Source: Spirochaetia bacterium
Lineage (GTDB): Bacteria; Spirochaetota; Spirochaetia; PWKH01
Assembly: GCA_007116075.1 (NCBI GenBank)
Contig: SKJE01000011.1
Location: forward strand, 1 to 48,080
Length of the DNA stretch: 48,080 nt
Direction of reading: 5' to 3'
Below, in pieces: positions 7,340 through 16,213 of the stretch. The notes under the pieces were generated by a model. The model ran no database searches. It was not told the DNA's origin and saw nothing but the letters and a program-made list of their open reading frames with translations. Numbering within the stretch: position 1 is the stretch's first letter; each line of letters opens with the position of its first letter. The translations under genes were made by a program, and so were the position numbers.

Positions 7340-9126
7340 TGGCGTTAACGAATTATATTCTTGTCTGCGGTGGTACCGGATGCGAGTCCGCCAAGGCTGA
7401 CCAGATTTACAAGAACCTCCTGACTGCCGCCCAGGCTTCGGGAGTAGGTGATACTGTGCAGATCCTGAAGACCGGATGTTTCGGTTTCTGTGAACAGGGA
7501 CCTATTGTCAAGATCCTCCCGGAGGACTCCTTCTATGTCCAGGTGAAGCCCGAGGACGCAGAGGAACTCATCAAGGAGCATATTGTCAAAGGGCGGGAAG
7601 TCAAACGGCTGCTCTACGATAAAAGTGAAAGCAAGAAACATGCGAGGGTAGAGGATATTCAGTTCTACCAGAAGCAGTTCCGGATAGTCCTGCGAAACTG
7701 CGGGTTTATCAACCCGGAAGATATCGACGAATATATCGCCAGGGAAGGATATGTTGCCCTGGAGCGGGTGCTCGGCGATATGAGTCCGGATGACGTTATC
7801 CAGGAGCTGAAGAAGTCCGGTCTCAAGGGGCGGGGCGGAGCAGGATTTCCCACCTGGCTTAAATGGAACTTCACGAAGGATGTGGAAGACGATGAAAAGT
7901 ATATCGTCTGTAATGCTGATGAGGGAGATCCCGGTGCATACATGGACCGGTCAACCCTGGAGGGAGATCCCCACTCAGTTCTTGAGGCGATGACCATTGC
8001 GGGATACACCGTTGGCGCCCAGATGGGTTATATCTACATCCGGGCAGAGTATCCTCTGGCAATCAACCGTCTCAAGGCAGCAATGCAGCAGGCCAGGGAC
8101 TATGGACTGCTGGGAGAGGATATCCTGGGAACTGATTTCAGCTTCGATATAGAGATCAGGCTGGGAGCCGGTGCATTTGTCTGCGGTGAAGAAACCGCCC
8201 TGCTGGCTTCCCTCGAGGGAAACCGGGGTATGCCGAGGCCGAGACCTCCCTTCCCGGCCGTCAAGGGACTCTGGAATAAGCCGACGGTCATCAACAACGT
8301 TGAGACCTGGGCGAATATTCCGGTAATTATCCTCAAGGGCGGCGACTGGTTTGCCCAGATTGGTACAGAGGACTCCAAGGGTACCAAGGTATTTGCTCTG
8401 ACCGGTAAGATCAGGAACTCCGGTCTTGTGGAAGTACCCATGGGAACCACCCTCAGGGAAATTATCTATGATATCGGCGGAGGCATTGCCAATGACAAGG
8501 AATTCAAGGCAGTGCAGACTGGCGGTCCTTCGGGAGGAGTGATTACCAAGGAATACTTGGACACCCCAATTGACTACAAGCATTTGCAGGAACTCGGTTC
8601 CATGATGGGTTCCGGCGGTATGATCGTCATGGATGAGGATGACTGTATTGTGGATGTCACCAAGTTCTACCTCGGGTTCACCGTTGACGAGTCCTGCGGT
8701 AAGTGCTCACCATGCCGGGTCGGAGGAAGAACGCTCTACAATATGCTGGACAAGATTACCAAGGGCGAGGGAGAGATTGAGGACATCGATAAGATGCACC
8801 AGATCGGCAAGGCGATGAAAAAGGCCTCCCTGTGCGGCCTTGGACAGACAGCACCGAACCCGATTCTCTCAACCCTGAGGTACTTTGAGAAGGAATACCT
8901 GGCTCATATCAAGGAGAAGAAGTGTCCTTCGGGTAAATGTAAGGAACTGATTTCCTACTACATCCTTGCAGATAAGTGTATCGGCTGTATGGCATGTGCC
9001 CGGAAGTGTCCTGTCGCGGCTATAACCGGGGAGCGGAGGAAAATCCACCGTATTGACCAGGACATCTGTATCAAGTGCGGTATCTGCTACGAGACATGTA
9101 AGTTTGACGCAATCTACGTCGGATGA
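7339..9126 (+). CDS. hndC: NuoF-like FMN/NAD(H)-binding hydrogenase subunit (HndC/HydB)
   Basis: GRGGAGFPT, NADEGDPG, GAGAFVCGEET, GGPSGG, ESCGKCSPCRVG; N-terminal 2Fe-2S and C-terminal 2x[4Fe-4S] motifs. Confidence 0.93.
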   Translation: MALTNYILVCGGTGCESAKADQIYKNLLTAAQASGVGDTVQILKTGCFGFCEQGPIVKILPEDSFYVQVKPEDAEELIKEHIVKGREVKRLLYDKSESKKHARVEDIQFYQKQFRIVLRNCGFINPEDIDEYIAREGYVALERVLGDMSPDDVIQELKKSGLKGRGGAGFPTWLKWNFTKDVEDDEKYIVCNADEGDPGAYMDRSTLEGDPHSVLEAMTIAGYTVGAQMGYIYIRAEYPLAINRLKAAMQQARDYGLLGEDILGTDFSFDIEIRLGAGAFVCGEETALLASLEGNRGMPRPRPPFPAVKGLWNKPTVINNVETWANIPVIILKGGDWFAQIGTEDSKGTKVFALTGKIRNSGLVEVPMGTTLREIIYDIGGGIANDKEFKAVQTGGPSGGVITKEYLDTPIDYKHLQELGSMMGSGGMIVMDEDDCIVDVTKFYLGFTVDESCGKCSPCRVGGRTLYNMLDKITKGEGEIEDIDKMHQIGKAMKKASLCGLGQTAPNPILSTLRYFEKEYLAHIKEKKCPSGKCKELISYYILADKCIGCMACARKCPVAAITGERRKIHRIDQDICIKCGICYETCKFDAIYVG

Positions 9127-9140
9127 TAAGGAGGAATACT

Positions 9141-10892
9141 TTGAAGACCGTGAAAATGAAAGTAAACGGCAAGTCCATCCAGGTACCCGCTAGTTATTCG
9201 GTCCTGCAGGCTGCCAAGGAAGTAAATATAAACATTCCCACCCTCTGCTACCACCCGGACCTGCCCGCCTGGGCAGCCTGCGGTATCTGTGTAGTTAAGC
9301 TGGAGAATTCACCAAAGATGGTACGTGCCTGTGCTACTCCGGTTGCAGCCGGCATGTCAATCATTACCCATGATGCCGAACTCCACCAGATCCGCAAGAC
9401 AGTCATCGAGCTGATTCTTTCCACACACCCAAGTTCATGCCTCACCTGCGGACGAAACGGATCCTGTGAGCTTCAGAACCTGGCAGCCAACTTCGGTGTC
9501 CGGGAACAGCCCTATGAGATTCGCCTCAGGGATTTTGAGCCCGACACGTCAACTACATCTATCGTGATGAACCGGGAAAAGTGCATCAGCTGCGGGCGCT
9601 GCGCCATGGTCTGCCAGTCCCTCCAGGGAGTTTGGGCCCTGGAATTTGTTGGGCGCGGTGAGCATACTGTCATTGCCCCTGCCGGCGAAGTGCCCCTGAA
9701 CGACAGTCCCTGCATTAAGTGCGGCCAGTGTTCAGCCCATTGTCCAGTCGGTGCCATCTTTGAGAAGGATGAGACCAGAGAGTTTATGGAAGCTACCCGG
9801 GACAAGGACAAGCATGTTGTGGTTCAAATTGCTCCTGCGGTGAGAGTAGCCATCGGTGAAGCCTTCGATATGGAACCCGGGACAATCAGCACCGGACGGA
9901 CCTATGCGGCTCTGCGGGCTCTTGGTGCGGACACAGTCTTTGATACCAATTTCTCAGCTGACCTCACCATTATCGAGGAGGGCAGTGAGCTAGTTCACCG
10001 GATAACCACTGGTAAGGGGGAGCTTCCCCAGATTACCAGCTGCTGTCCTGCCTGGACCGACTACATGGAGAAATACTACCCCGATATGATTCCCAATTTC
10101 TCCACTGCAAAGTCGCCCATGATGATGCAGGGAGCCCTGACCAAGACCTACTATGCACAGAATGTCGGTGTTGATCCCAAGAACATCTATTCAGTAGCGA
10201 TCATGCCCTGTACTGCTAAGAAGTTCGAGAAGGAACGGGACGAGAATATGTACGCTTCGGGATATGCCGATGTTGATCTGGTGCTTACCACCCGGGAGCT
10301 TACCCGGCTTATCAGGTCTGCCGGTATTGACTTTGTCAACCTTGGAGAAGAAGAGGCAGACAGCCCCATCGGAGCATACAGCGGTGCAGGAACCATCTTC
10401 GGAAACACCGGTGGTGTGATGGAGGCGGCTGTACGTACTGCTTATAAGCTGGTCACCGATGAGGAACTTGGAGATGTGAACGTCACCGCTGTCCGCGGTA
10501 TGGACGGTGTCAGGAAGGGGTCAGTAGACTTTAAGGGAACGGAGATCAAGGTTGCCGTCGCCCATGGGATGGCTAATGTGAGTACCCTTCTTGAGGAAAT
10601 CAGGGAAGCCCGGAATAATAAGCAGGAGCCTCCCTATCACTTTATTGAAGTAATGGCGTGCCGGGGCGGATGTATTGCCGGTGGTGGGCAGCCCTATGCG
10701 ACTACCGATGAGGTGAGAAACAAGCGTATTGCCGGTATCTACAAGGATGACGAGCAGAGCGATATCCGTTGTTCCCATCAGAACCCGGATATCCAGAAGC
10801 TCTATGATGATTTCCTGGGTAAACCCCTGGGCAAGAAGTCCCATGATCTGCTTCATACAGGCTATCATGAGAGACCATTGTACAAGAAATAG
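9141..10892 (+). CDS. hndD: [FeFe]-hydrogenase catalytic subunit, group A (HndD/HydA)
   Basis: H-cluster motifs TSCCPAW, MPCTAKKFE, EVMACRGGCIAGGGQP; N-terminal Fe-S domains. TTG start at 9141 after AGGAGG. Confidence 0.95.
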   Translation: MKTVKMKVNGKSIQVPASYSVLQAAKEVNINIPTLCYHPDLPAWAACGICVVKLENSPKMVRACATPVAAGMSIITHDAELHQIRKTVIELILSTHPSSCLTCGRNGSCELQNLAANFGVREQPYEIRLRDFEPDTSTTSIVMNREKCISCGRCAMVCQSLQGVWALEFVGRGEHTVIAPAGEVPLNDSPCIKCGQCSAHCPVGAIFEKDETREFMEATRDKDKHVVVQIAPAVRVAIGEAFDMEPGTISTGRTYAALRALGADTVFDTNFSADLTIIEEGSELVHRITTGKGELPQITSCCPAWTDYMEKYYPDMIPNFSTAKSPMMMQGALTKTYYAQNVGVDPKNIYSVAIMPCTAKKFEKERDENMYASGYADVDLVLTTRELTRLIRSAGIDFVNLGEEEADSPIGAYSGAGTIFGNTGGVMEAAVRTAYKLVTDEELGDVNVTAVRGMDGVRKGSVDFKGTEIKVAVAHGMANVSTLLEEIREARNNKQEPPYHFIEVMACRGGCIAGGGQPYATTDEVRNKRIAGIYKDDEQSDIRCSHQNPDIQKLYDDFLGKPLGKKSHDLLHTGYHERPLYKK

Positions 10893-10916
10893 CACTTTCT
10901 TTTTCCTAGCTGTCTC

Positions 10917-10944
10917 CACAGGCTCCGGGCAACCGGAGCCTGTG
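10917..10944 (+). terminator. Perfect 12-bp hairpin with GCAA tetraloop after the hydrogenase operon (terminator or mRNA stabiliser)
   Basis: CACAGGCTCCGG-GCAA-CCGGAGCCTGTG; no classical U-tract follows. Confidence 0.65.
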
Positions 10945-10999
10945 TGCATATTGGCCATATTCGTGTACACTTACTGCAGTAACCTGACAGGGAGGTACC

Positions 11000-12310
11000 A
11001 TGTCTGATTCATCCAGAAGCAGCAATCCAAGAAAAACCTTTGTTATCGATACCAATGTATTCATCCACCGTCCCGATGCGGTGCTCTCCTTCAAGGAATC
11101 CGATGTGGTCATACCACTCTGGGTGCTGGAAGAGCTGGACAAGCTCAAGACTTATTCGGATGAACGGGGCCGCAATGCCCGCCATGCAATCCGGTTTATC
11201 GAGCAGCGGGCACAGGGGGGCAACCTGTCGGCGGGAGTGAAGATAGAGAACAGTTCAATATTACGGGTAGCCCTGGACTATGATCAGAACGCTGCCGAGG
11301 AACTTGATATCTCAAGGATCGACAACCGTATAATCCTAACTGCCCAGAAACTTGACCGGTCAGAAAAGACTGAGGTGTTCTTTGTCTCCAAGGATATCAA
11401 TGCCCGGGTGAAGGCCCGGGCATTGGGAATCAAGGCGGTGGACTACGAGAAGCAGAAAACAAGCTTTACCCGGCTCTACCGCGGATTTCTCGAAGGAGCA
11501 GTCTCCCGGGATGATGCCAGGCTGCTGGAAGAGCAGCAGCGTATACCCTGGTCTGGAAACCTGCTGGACAACCAGTTCCTCACCTCTGCCGAACACGAAA
11601 CCATAGGACGCTACCGGAGTGCAGATAGCTCCCTTAGCTGGGTTGACCGGTATGAACACGGGGTTTTTGGTATAGTTCCCCTGAATGTCCAGCAGCGTAT
11701 AGCCCTGGACCTGCTTCTCGATGATGAGATTTCCCTGGTCAGTCTTATCGGGAAAGCGGGTACCGGTAAGACGCTCCTTGCTCTGGTGGCAGGCCTGAAG
11801 AAGGTGTTTGAAAGCAAGGTGTATACCCGGGTGCTTGCCAGCAGGCCGATTATGCCCTTGGGTAAGGATATCGGGTATCTTCCCGGGGACAAGGAGGCGA
11901 AACTGAGTCATTGGATGAAGCCCCTCTATGACAACCTGGAGTTGATTATTTCCCAGCACCACCATGGAGAACTCAAGAATGTTGAGACGCTTCTTAAGAG
12001 CAGCAAGGTCGAGCTTGAGGCAATCACCTATATCCGGGGTAGGAGCCTTCCCAGGCAGTTTATTATCATCGATGAGGCGCAGAATCTCTCCCCCCATGAA
12101 ATCAAGACCATCGTCAGCAGGGCGGGAAAGGATTCAAAGATTGTGCTCACCGGGGATCCCTATCAAATAGATACTCCCTATCTGGATAGTGACTCAAACG
12201 GGTTGACCTTTCTGGTAGAGGCCTTCAAAGGACAGTCCCTCTACGGGCATGTGACCCTGGAGAAGACTGAACGGAGTCCCTTGGCCGAACTGGCGGCGGA
12301 GCTGTTATGA
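11000..12310 (+). CDS. PIN-PhoH (PhoH2-type) ATPase/ribonuclease
   Basis: VIDTNV and SKDINAR (PIN); GKAGTGKT, IGYLPG, YIRGRS, DEAQN, GDPYQID (PhoH). Confidence 0.92.
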   Translation: MSDSSRSSNPRKTFVIDTNVFIHRPDAVLSFKESDVVIPLWVLEELDKLKTYSDERGRNARHAIRFIEQRAQGGNLSAGVKIENSSILRVALDYDQNAAEELDISRIDNRIILTAQKLDRSEKTEVFFVSKDINARVKARALGIKAVDYEKQKTSFTRLYRGFLEGAVSRDDARLLEEQQRIPWSGNLLDNQFLTSAEHETIGRYRSADSSLSWVDRYEHGVFGIVPLNVQQRIALDLLLDDEISLVSLIGKAGTGKTLLALVAGLKKVFESKVYTRVLASRPIMPLGKDIGYLPGDKEAKLSHWMKPLYDNLELIISQHHHGELKNVETLLKSSKVELEAITYIRGRSLPRQFIIIDEAQNLSPHEIKTIVSRAGKDSKIVLTGDPYQIDTPYLDSDSNGLTFLVEAFKGQSLYGHVTLEKTERSPLAELAAELL

Positions 12311-12993
12311 TATCCCGGGAAGATATCCTGCAATTGACCAAAGCCCGGATCTTTGCAGGGGGATCTACGGAACGAGTATCCCGGTGGCTCGGTGCGCTTC
12401 CGGGGTACAGCGAGCAGTTCCAGAGCGGACAGGTGATCCATTTTCAGGGAGACCGGTATGACCGGCTGATACTGCTTATAGAGGGAAAGGCCGATGCCCG
12501 CTTTCAGGACCCCTCCGGAAAGGTCATGCAGATTGAGACCCTAACCGGTCCTGAGGCTGTGGCTCCTGCTGTGCTGTTCTCCTCAGAGCAGCAGCTGCCG
12601 GTGACCCTCTATGCTGAGACCAAGGTCCGCCTCTTTCGGGTGAATCGTTCAGATCTTCTGGCCTTACTTCATAAGGAGCCCCAGATGCTGGAAAACACCC
12701 TCCTCGATATGGGAGACCGGCTGGTCTTTCTCGCAGAGAAGGTGCGGTTTATCCGGTTTGCCAACCTGCGACAGAAGATCTGTTCCTACCTGCTGCAGCT
12801 GCGCAGCCGCAGCGTAACGCCGAAGGTGAATTTCACCTATACCAGGGAGAAGCTTGCAGAGATGTTTGGGGTGGAGCGTCCCTCCCTGTCCAGGGAGCTC
12901 TCCCGCATGGTGAATGAAGGAATTATAACCATCGAGGGCAGGCAGGTTACCATATGCGATGAAGAATTTTTACGAGATTGTCTCGAACAGTAA
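12307..12993 (+). CDS. Crp/Fnr-family transcriptional regulator (HcpR-like)
   Basis: cNMP-like N-terminal domain and C-terminal HTH TREKLAEMFGVERPSLSREL. ATGA overlap with phoH. Confidence 0.88.
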   Translation: MISREDILQLTKARIFAGGSTERVSRWLGALPGYSEQFQSGQVIHFQGDRYDRLILLIEGKADARFQDPSGKVMQIETLTGPEAVAPAVLFSSEQQLPVTLYAETKVRLFRVNRSDLLALLHKEPQMLENTLLDMGDRLVFLAEKVRFIRFANLRQKICSYLLQLRSRSVTPKVNFTYTREKLAEMFGVERPSLSRELSRMVNEGIITIEGRQVTICDEEFLRDCLEQ

Positions 12994-13005
12994 CACAGGT
13001 TACAG
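12988..13005. promoter_or_regulatory. Crp/Fnr-type palindromic operator (HcpR-like box)
   Basis: CA-GTAAC-ACAG-GTTAC-AG, overlapping the regulator's TAA stop and about 60 nt upstream of the Fe-S gene. Confidence 0.65.
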
Positions 13006-13063
13006 GTTTTATTCCTCTGTCTGATTACTATGGAAAAAAAACGAATTCAGGAGAGGATATACC

Positions 13064-13918
13064 ATGAAACGAGATATTATCACTATAGATGAGCAGCTCT
13101 GTGACGGATGCGGAAACTGTATACCAGGATGCCCCGAGGGGGCCCTCCAGCTTATAGACGGCAAGGCGCGGCTGGTGAGCGACCTGTTCTGTGACGGACT
13201 GGGGGCGTGCATCGGTTCCTGTCCCCAGGGGGCGATTGTTATTGAGTCCCGGGAGGCCGAGCCCTATGATGAGCACCGCGTCATGACCGAGCGCATCATC
13301 CCCCAGGGGGAAGCAACTATTATCGCCCATCTCAAGCACCTGCTTGACCACGGTGCCGATACCTACTACCAGCAGGCGGTTTCCTCCCTGCGGGAATCCT
13401 ATCCCGGGGCAGGGAAGCTCATTGAAGCGGTTGAGGCTCCGCAGAAGCAGGAAGAGTCCGGATGTGCCGGCGGCTGCCCCGGATCCCTCTCAAAGATCTT
13501 TGGTGAAAAACCGGTCCTGGCGACACAGCAGTCCTCAGCCCTGACCCACTGGCCAATCCAGATGCATCTGCTCAACCCTGCTTCTCCCCAGTTTCGGGGA
13601 AAGGATTTCCTGTTCGCTGCGGACTGCACCGCCTTCAGCCTTGGAGCGTTTCACAGCACCCTTCTGGCGGGCAAGGCATTGGGGATTGGCTGTCCCAAAC
13701 TTGATGCCGGTACCGATATCTATCGGGATAAACTAATTAAGCTCATCGATCACAGCGGCATCCACACCTTGACTGTAGCAATCATGGAGGTTCCATGCTG
13801 CGGATCCCTGCTCAAGATAGCCCTGGATGCTGTTTCCAGAGCGCAGCGGCGGGTCCCGGTGAAACTGATCCAGATCAGCGTTGAGGGAGATATTTTGAAG
13901 GAGGAATGGGTAGCCTAA
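13064..13918 (+). CDS. 4Fe-4S dicluster protein with conserved Cys-rich C-terminal domain (family commonly found with hcp/HcpR)
   Basis: CDGCGNCIPGCP, CDGLGACIGSCP, GCPGS, WPIQ, AADC, GCPKLD, MEVPCC. Confidence 0.85.
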   Translation: MKRDIITIDEQLCDGCGNCIPGCPEGALQLIDGKARLVSDLFCDGLGACIGSCPQGAIVIESREAEPYDEHRVMTERIIPQGEATIIAHLKHLLDHGADTYYQQAVSSLRESYPGAGKLIEAVEAPQKQEESGCAGGCPGSLSKIFGEKPVLATQQSSALTHWPIQMHLLNPASPQFRGKDFLFAADCTAFSLGAFHSTLLAGKALGIGCPKLDAGTDIYRDKLIKLIDHSGIHTLTVAIMEVPCCGSLLKIALDAVSRAQRRVPVKLIQISVEGDILKEEWVA

Positions 13919-13931
13919 ACATATTACCCGG

Positions 13932-13940
13932 TGTTATACT
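13932..13940 (+). promoter_or_regulatory. Extended -10 promoter driving the riboswitch-like leader
   Basis: TG-T-TATACT ending about 14 nt before the first stem of the RNA motif. Confidence 0.6.
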
Positions 13941-13952
13941 GTTTGCACAACA

Positions 13953-14048
13953 AACTTCCGAGTCCCTGACCGCTTCGGCTTCTGTCATGCGGGGGGACCG
14001 ATGGGCTGTACTGGAAACGGTGCAGCCTCCCGTGTTTGGAAAGGAAGG
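13953..14048 (+). ncRNA. Moco (molybdenum/tungsten cofactor) riboswitch-like RNA motif
   Basis: P1 CTTCC (13955-59)/GGAAG (14043-47) sequesters the RBS. CCGAG junction. P2 GTCCCT/GGGGAC; P3 CCGC/GCGG; P4 GGCTGTACTG-GAAA-CGGTGCAGCC; P5 TCC...GGA, ending CTCCCG...GGAAAGGA. This is the Moco motif layout. ATG at 14055. Confidence 0.85.
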
Positions 14049-14054
14049 CAACCT

Positions 14055-15464
14055 ATGCGTATCATTATTTCTGTGCTGCTCCTGGCGGTACTGCTCCCTG
14101 CGGGGGCATTGGATCTGACCTTCAACGGATCACCGGTGGAGGCAACCTTGCAGAAGGCCGCAGAGCTGGGGTACCTGGACAGGGGTGTTCCGACGGTGTC
14201 CCTGGGTGATCTGCTGCCCCTCACCTATGGTACCAGCTCTGTCCATGTCATTGACGGCCGGGAACAGTCCCGACGGTTTACCACAGAGAACCTGTTTCAG
14301 GTAGAGCTCAGGTTTCCAGATACCGGGGTGATATTAGTCGCTCCCGATGGGGAGTTCCTTGAAACCAGGGAGGTTATGGTCACCTCCAATGAGCTTGACC
14401 TGCGGCCCATTGAGGTGTGGGTAAGCTGGGAGTCAACTGACCTGCTCAAGGCAGAGGCTGAACGGTTTTCCCGGCGCTACCACATGCCGGTTACCATACG
14501 GGATGTTCCGGGTATCAGTCGGAGGATAACTGCATACGAGCGGTCGGGACAGCAGATGCCCGATGTGGTAATGGTCCAGGCAGACTATATCCCTGAACTG
14601 CTGGCCCACCGGATCCTGCAGCCCGTCAGACGGGATGGATCCGATGCTTTTACACTGGAAGGAGATCAGTGGGCTGTTCCCTTTTCTCTCGATACCCATA
14701 TTGCTGTATACAATCCGGATCAGTTGAACCTGCCCGACAGGGACTATACCCTGGAGGAACTGTTCCGGGGTATTACCGATACCGGAATTCCTGCATCATG
14801 GAATGTATACTCTTTCTACTGGCTGCTTCCGATGCTTTATCATGCTGCAGATGCTCCTTTCCCAGATCCCCATACTGTACAGATTGACTCCCCTGAAGCA
14901 GCAGCAGCAATCTGTCAGCTTCTGACGTGGATGTCTGAAGGAGTGCTTCTACCGCGGGAGCGTGACGGCATGATAGACGGGTTTCTCCGGGGGGAGGTCT
15001 CCTACATGCTTACTGGATCATATATGCTCGGACTGCTGGATAAACTCGGTATAGCCTATGAGGCAGCTGTATATCCAATTGATATGACGCCGCTGCTTGA
15101 CTGGAAGGGATTCTCCGTCACCAGGCGGTCACTGAATCCAGCAGGGGCCAGAGCCTTTATTGACTACTTCACCTCCCCGGCGGTTCAGCGGAACCTCCCG
15201 GCAGCCATGGGTAAACTTCCGGCAGATTCCCGGGCACTGAGCTTTGCTGCTGAAAACATACAGCATGGGCAGGTACTGCTCGACAGCAGGCTTCGGGGAG
15301 TACCGGTTCCTGCCGGCAGTTCCTATGCTGTCACGAAGGACGTTATGTGGGGCATGCTGCGGCTTATGCTCCACCGTTCAGTATCTCCTTCGGACGGACT
15401 TGTCCGCGCCCAGGGGATGATCGAACGGAGATTATCCGATGCAGCTCTCAGGGAGGGTCTATGA
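14055..15464 (+). CDS. ABC transporter solute-binding protein, MalE/CUT1-like, with an extra ~115-aa N-terminal domain
   Basis: Signal peptide MRIIISVLLLAVLLPAGA; PDVVMV, WAVPFSLDTHIAVYNPD, FLRGEVSYMLTG, ARAFIDYFTS. Start placed after the AGGAAGG RBS. Confidence 0.8.
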   Translation: MRIIISVLLLAVLLPAGALDLTFNGSPVEATLQKAAELGYLDRGVPTVSLGDLLPLTYGTSSVHVIDGREQSRRFTTENLFQVELRFPDTGVILVAPDGEFLETREVMVTSNELDLRPIEVWVSWESTDLLKAEAERFSRRYHMPVTIRDVPGISRRITAYERSGQQMPDVVMVQADYIPELLAHRILQPVRRDGSDAFTLEGDQWAVPFSLDTHIAVYNPDQLNLPDRDYTLEELFRGITDTGIPASWNVYSFYWLLPMLYHAADAPFPDPHTVQIDSPEAAAAICQLLTWMSEGVLLPRERDGMIDGFLRGEVSYMLTGSYMLGLLDKLGIAYEAAVYPIDMTPLLDWKGFSVTRRSLNPAGARAFIDYFTSPAVQRNLPAAMGKLPADSRALSFAAENIQHGQVLLDSRLRGVPVPAGSSYAVTKDVMWGMLRLMLHRSVSPSDGLVRAQGMIERRLSDAALREGL

Positions 15465-16213
15465 AACTGATCCTCCTGTGTATTCTGATGCTTGTTCCCA
15501 CACATGGTCAGGGGACCAGCTGGCTGGTAGTGGATATCTGCGGAAGCAGATACGCAGGTGTCCCCCTCTCCTCCTATGTCCGTGATATTGATCCTCCCTT
15601 TGAGATTTCCCTGGAAAATCACCAGGGTGCATGGGTAACCCTCTCCTCGGATGCTCGGCTGGATCACGTCATCATTGCCGAGTATAAGGATGGGACTGCA
15701 CTGGAACCGACCCTTGTGGGCTCCGATGTACCCCCTGATCTCCACCTTGAGGGTATCCGCACAGTCGAGGTGCGGCGGCTTGAGCCGGCACAAATAGAAC
15801 CGCCGGTGCTGGAAGTGCTCTCAGGCGGGGATCTCATCCAGGTGGAACTCTCGCACCTGGAGCCATTTATCCTGGAAGGAGACGGGGAGATCCGCTCCTC
15901 TACCGGGAGGGTCACCCAAGGCAGGTATGCCGGGATACCCCTCCTGGACCTTGCCCGGATGTTTCACGGATCATCACATCCGGGGACGATTACAGCAGAG
16001 GCGGCAGACGGATACCGGGTTTCCTATGAAGTGTCCTGGCTGGAGGATCATGAGGGTACATGGATTCTGGCTTGGAGGGATGAAAAGGGGATGATGGATC
16101 AATCCTACGGTCCCTTCCGTACGATAAGCGTCGGAGATCCCCCGCCCCGGACAGAGGGGCGGAGAAGTGCCAGGCAGGTTGTTCGGATCATCTTTGAGGG
16201 AACCCGGAAATGA
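15461..16213 (+). CDS. Secreted molybdopterin-binding (Oxidored_molyb / sulfite-oxidase-fold)-like protein with apparent internal duplication
   Basis: Signal peptide; YAGVPLSSY and YAGIPLLDL; AEAADGY, ILAW, GPFR, RSARQVVRI match the family pattern GVxLxxLL..AxDGY..LA..GPxR..VxxI. ATGA-coupled at both ends. Confidence 0.7.
   Translation: MKLILLCILMLVPTHGQGTSWLVVDICGSRYAGVPLSSYVRDIDPPFEISLENHQGAWVTLSSDARLDHVIIAEYKDGTALEPTLVGSDVPPDLHLEGIRTVEVRRLEPAQIEPPVLEVLSGGDLIQVELSHLEPFILEGDGEIRSSTGRVTQGRYAGIPLLDLARMFHGSSHPGTITAEAADGYRVSYEVSWLEDHEGTWILAWRDEKGMMDQSYGPFRTISVGDPPPRTEGRRSARQVVRIIFEGTRK

Noticed and set aside
14001-14054. Track start of the binding protein at 14001
   Set aside because: It lies inside the riboswitch-like structure; the RBS and signal peptide support ATG 14055.
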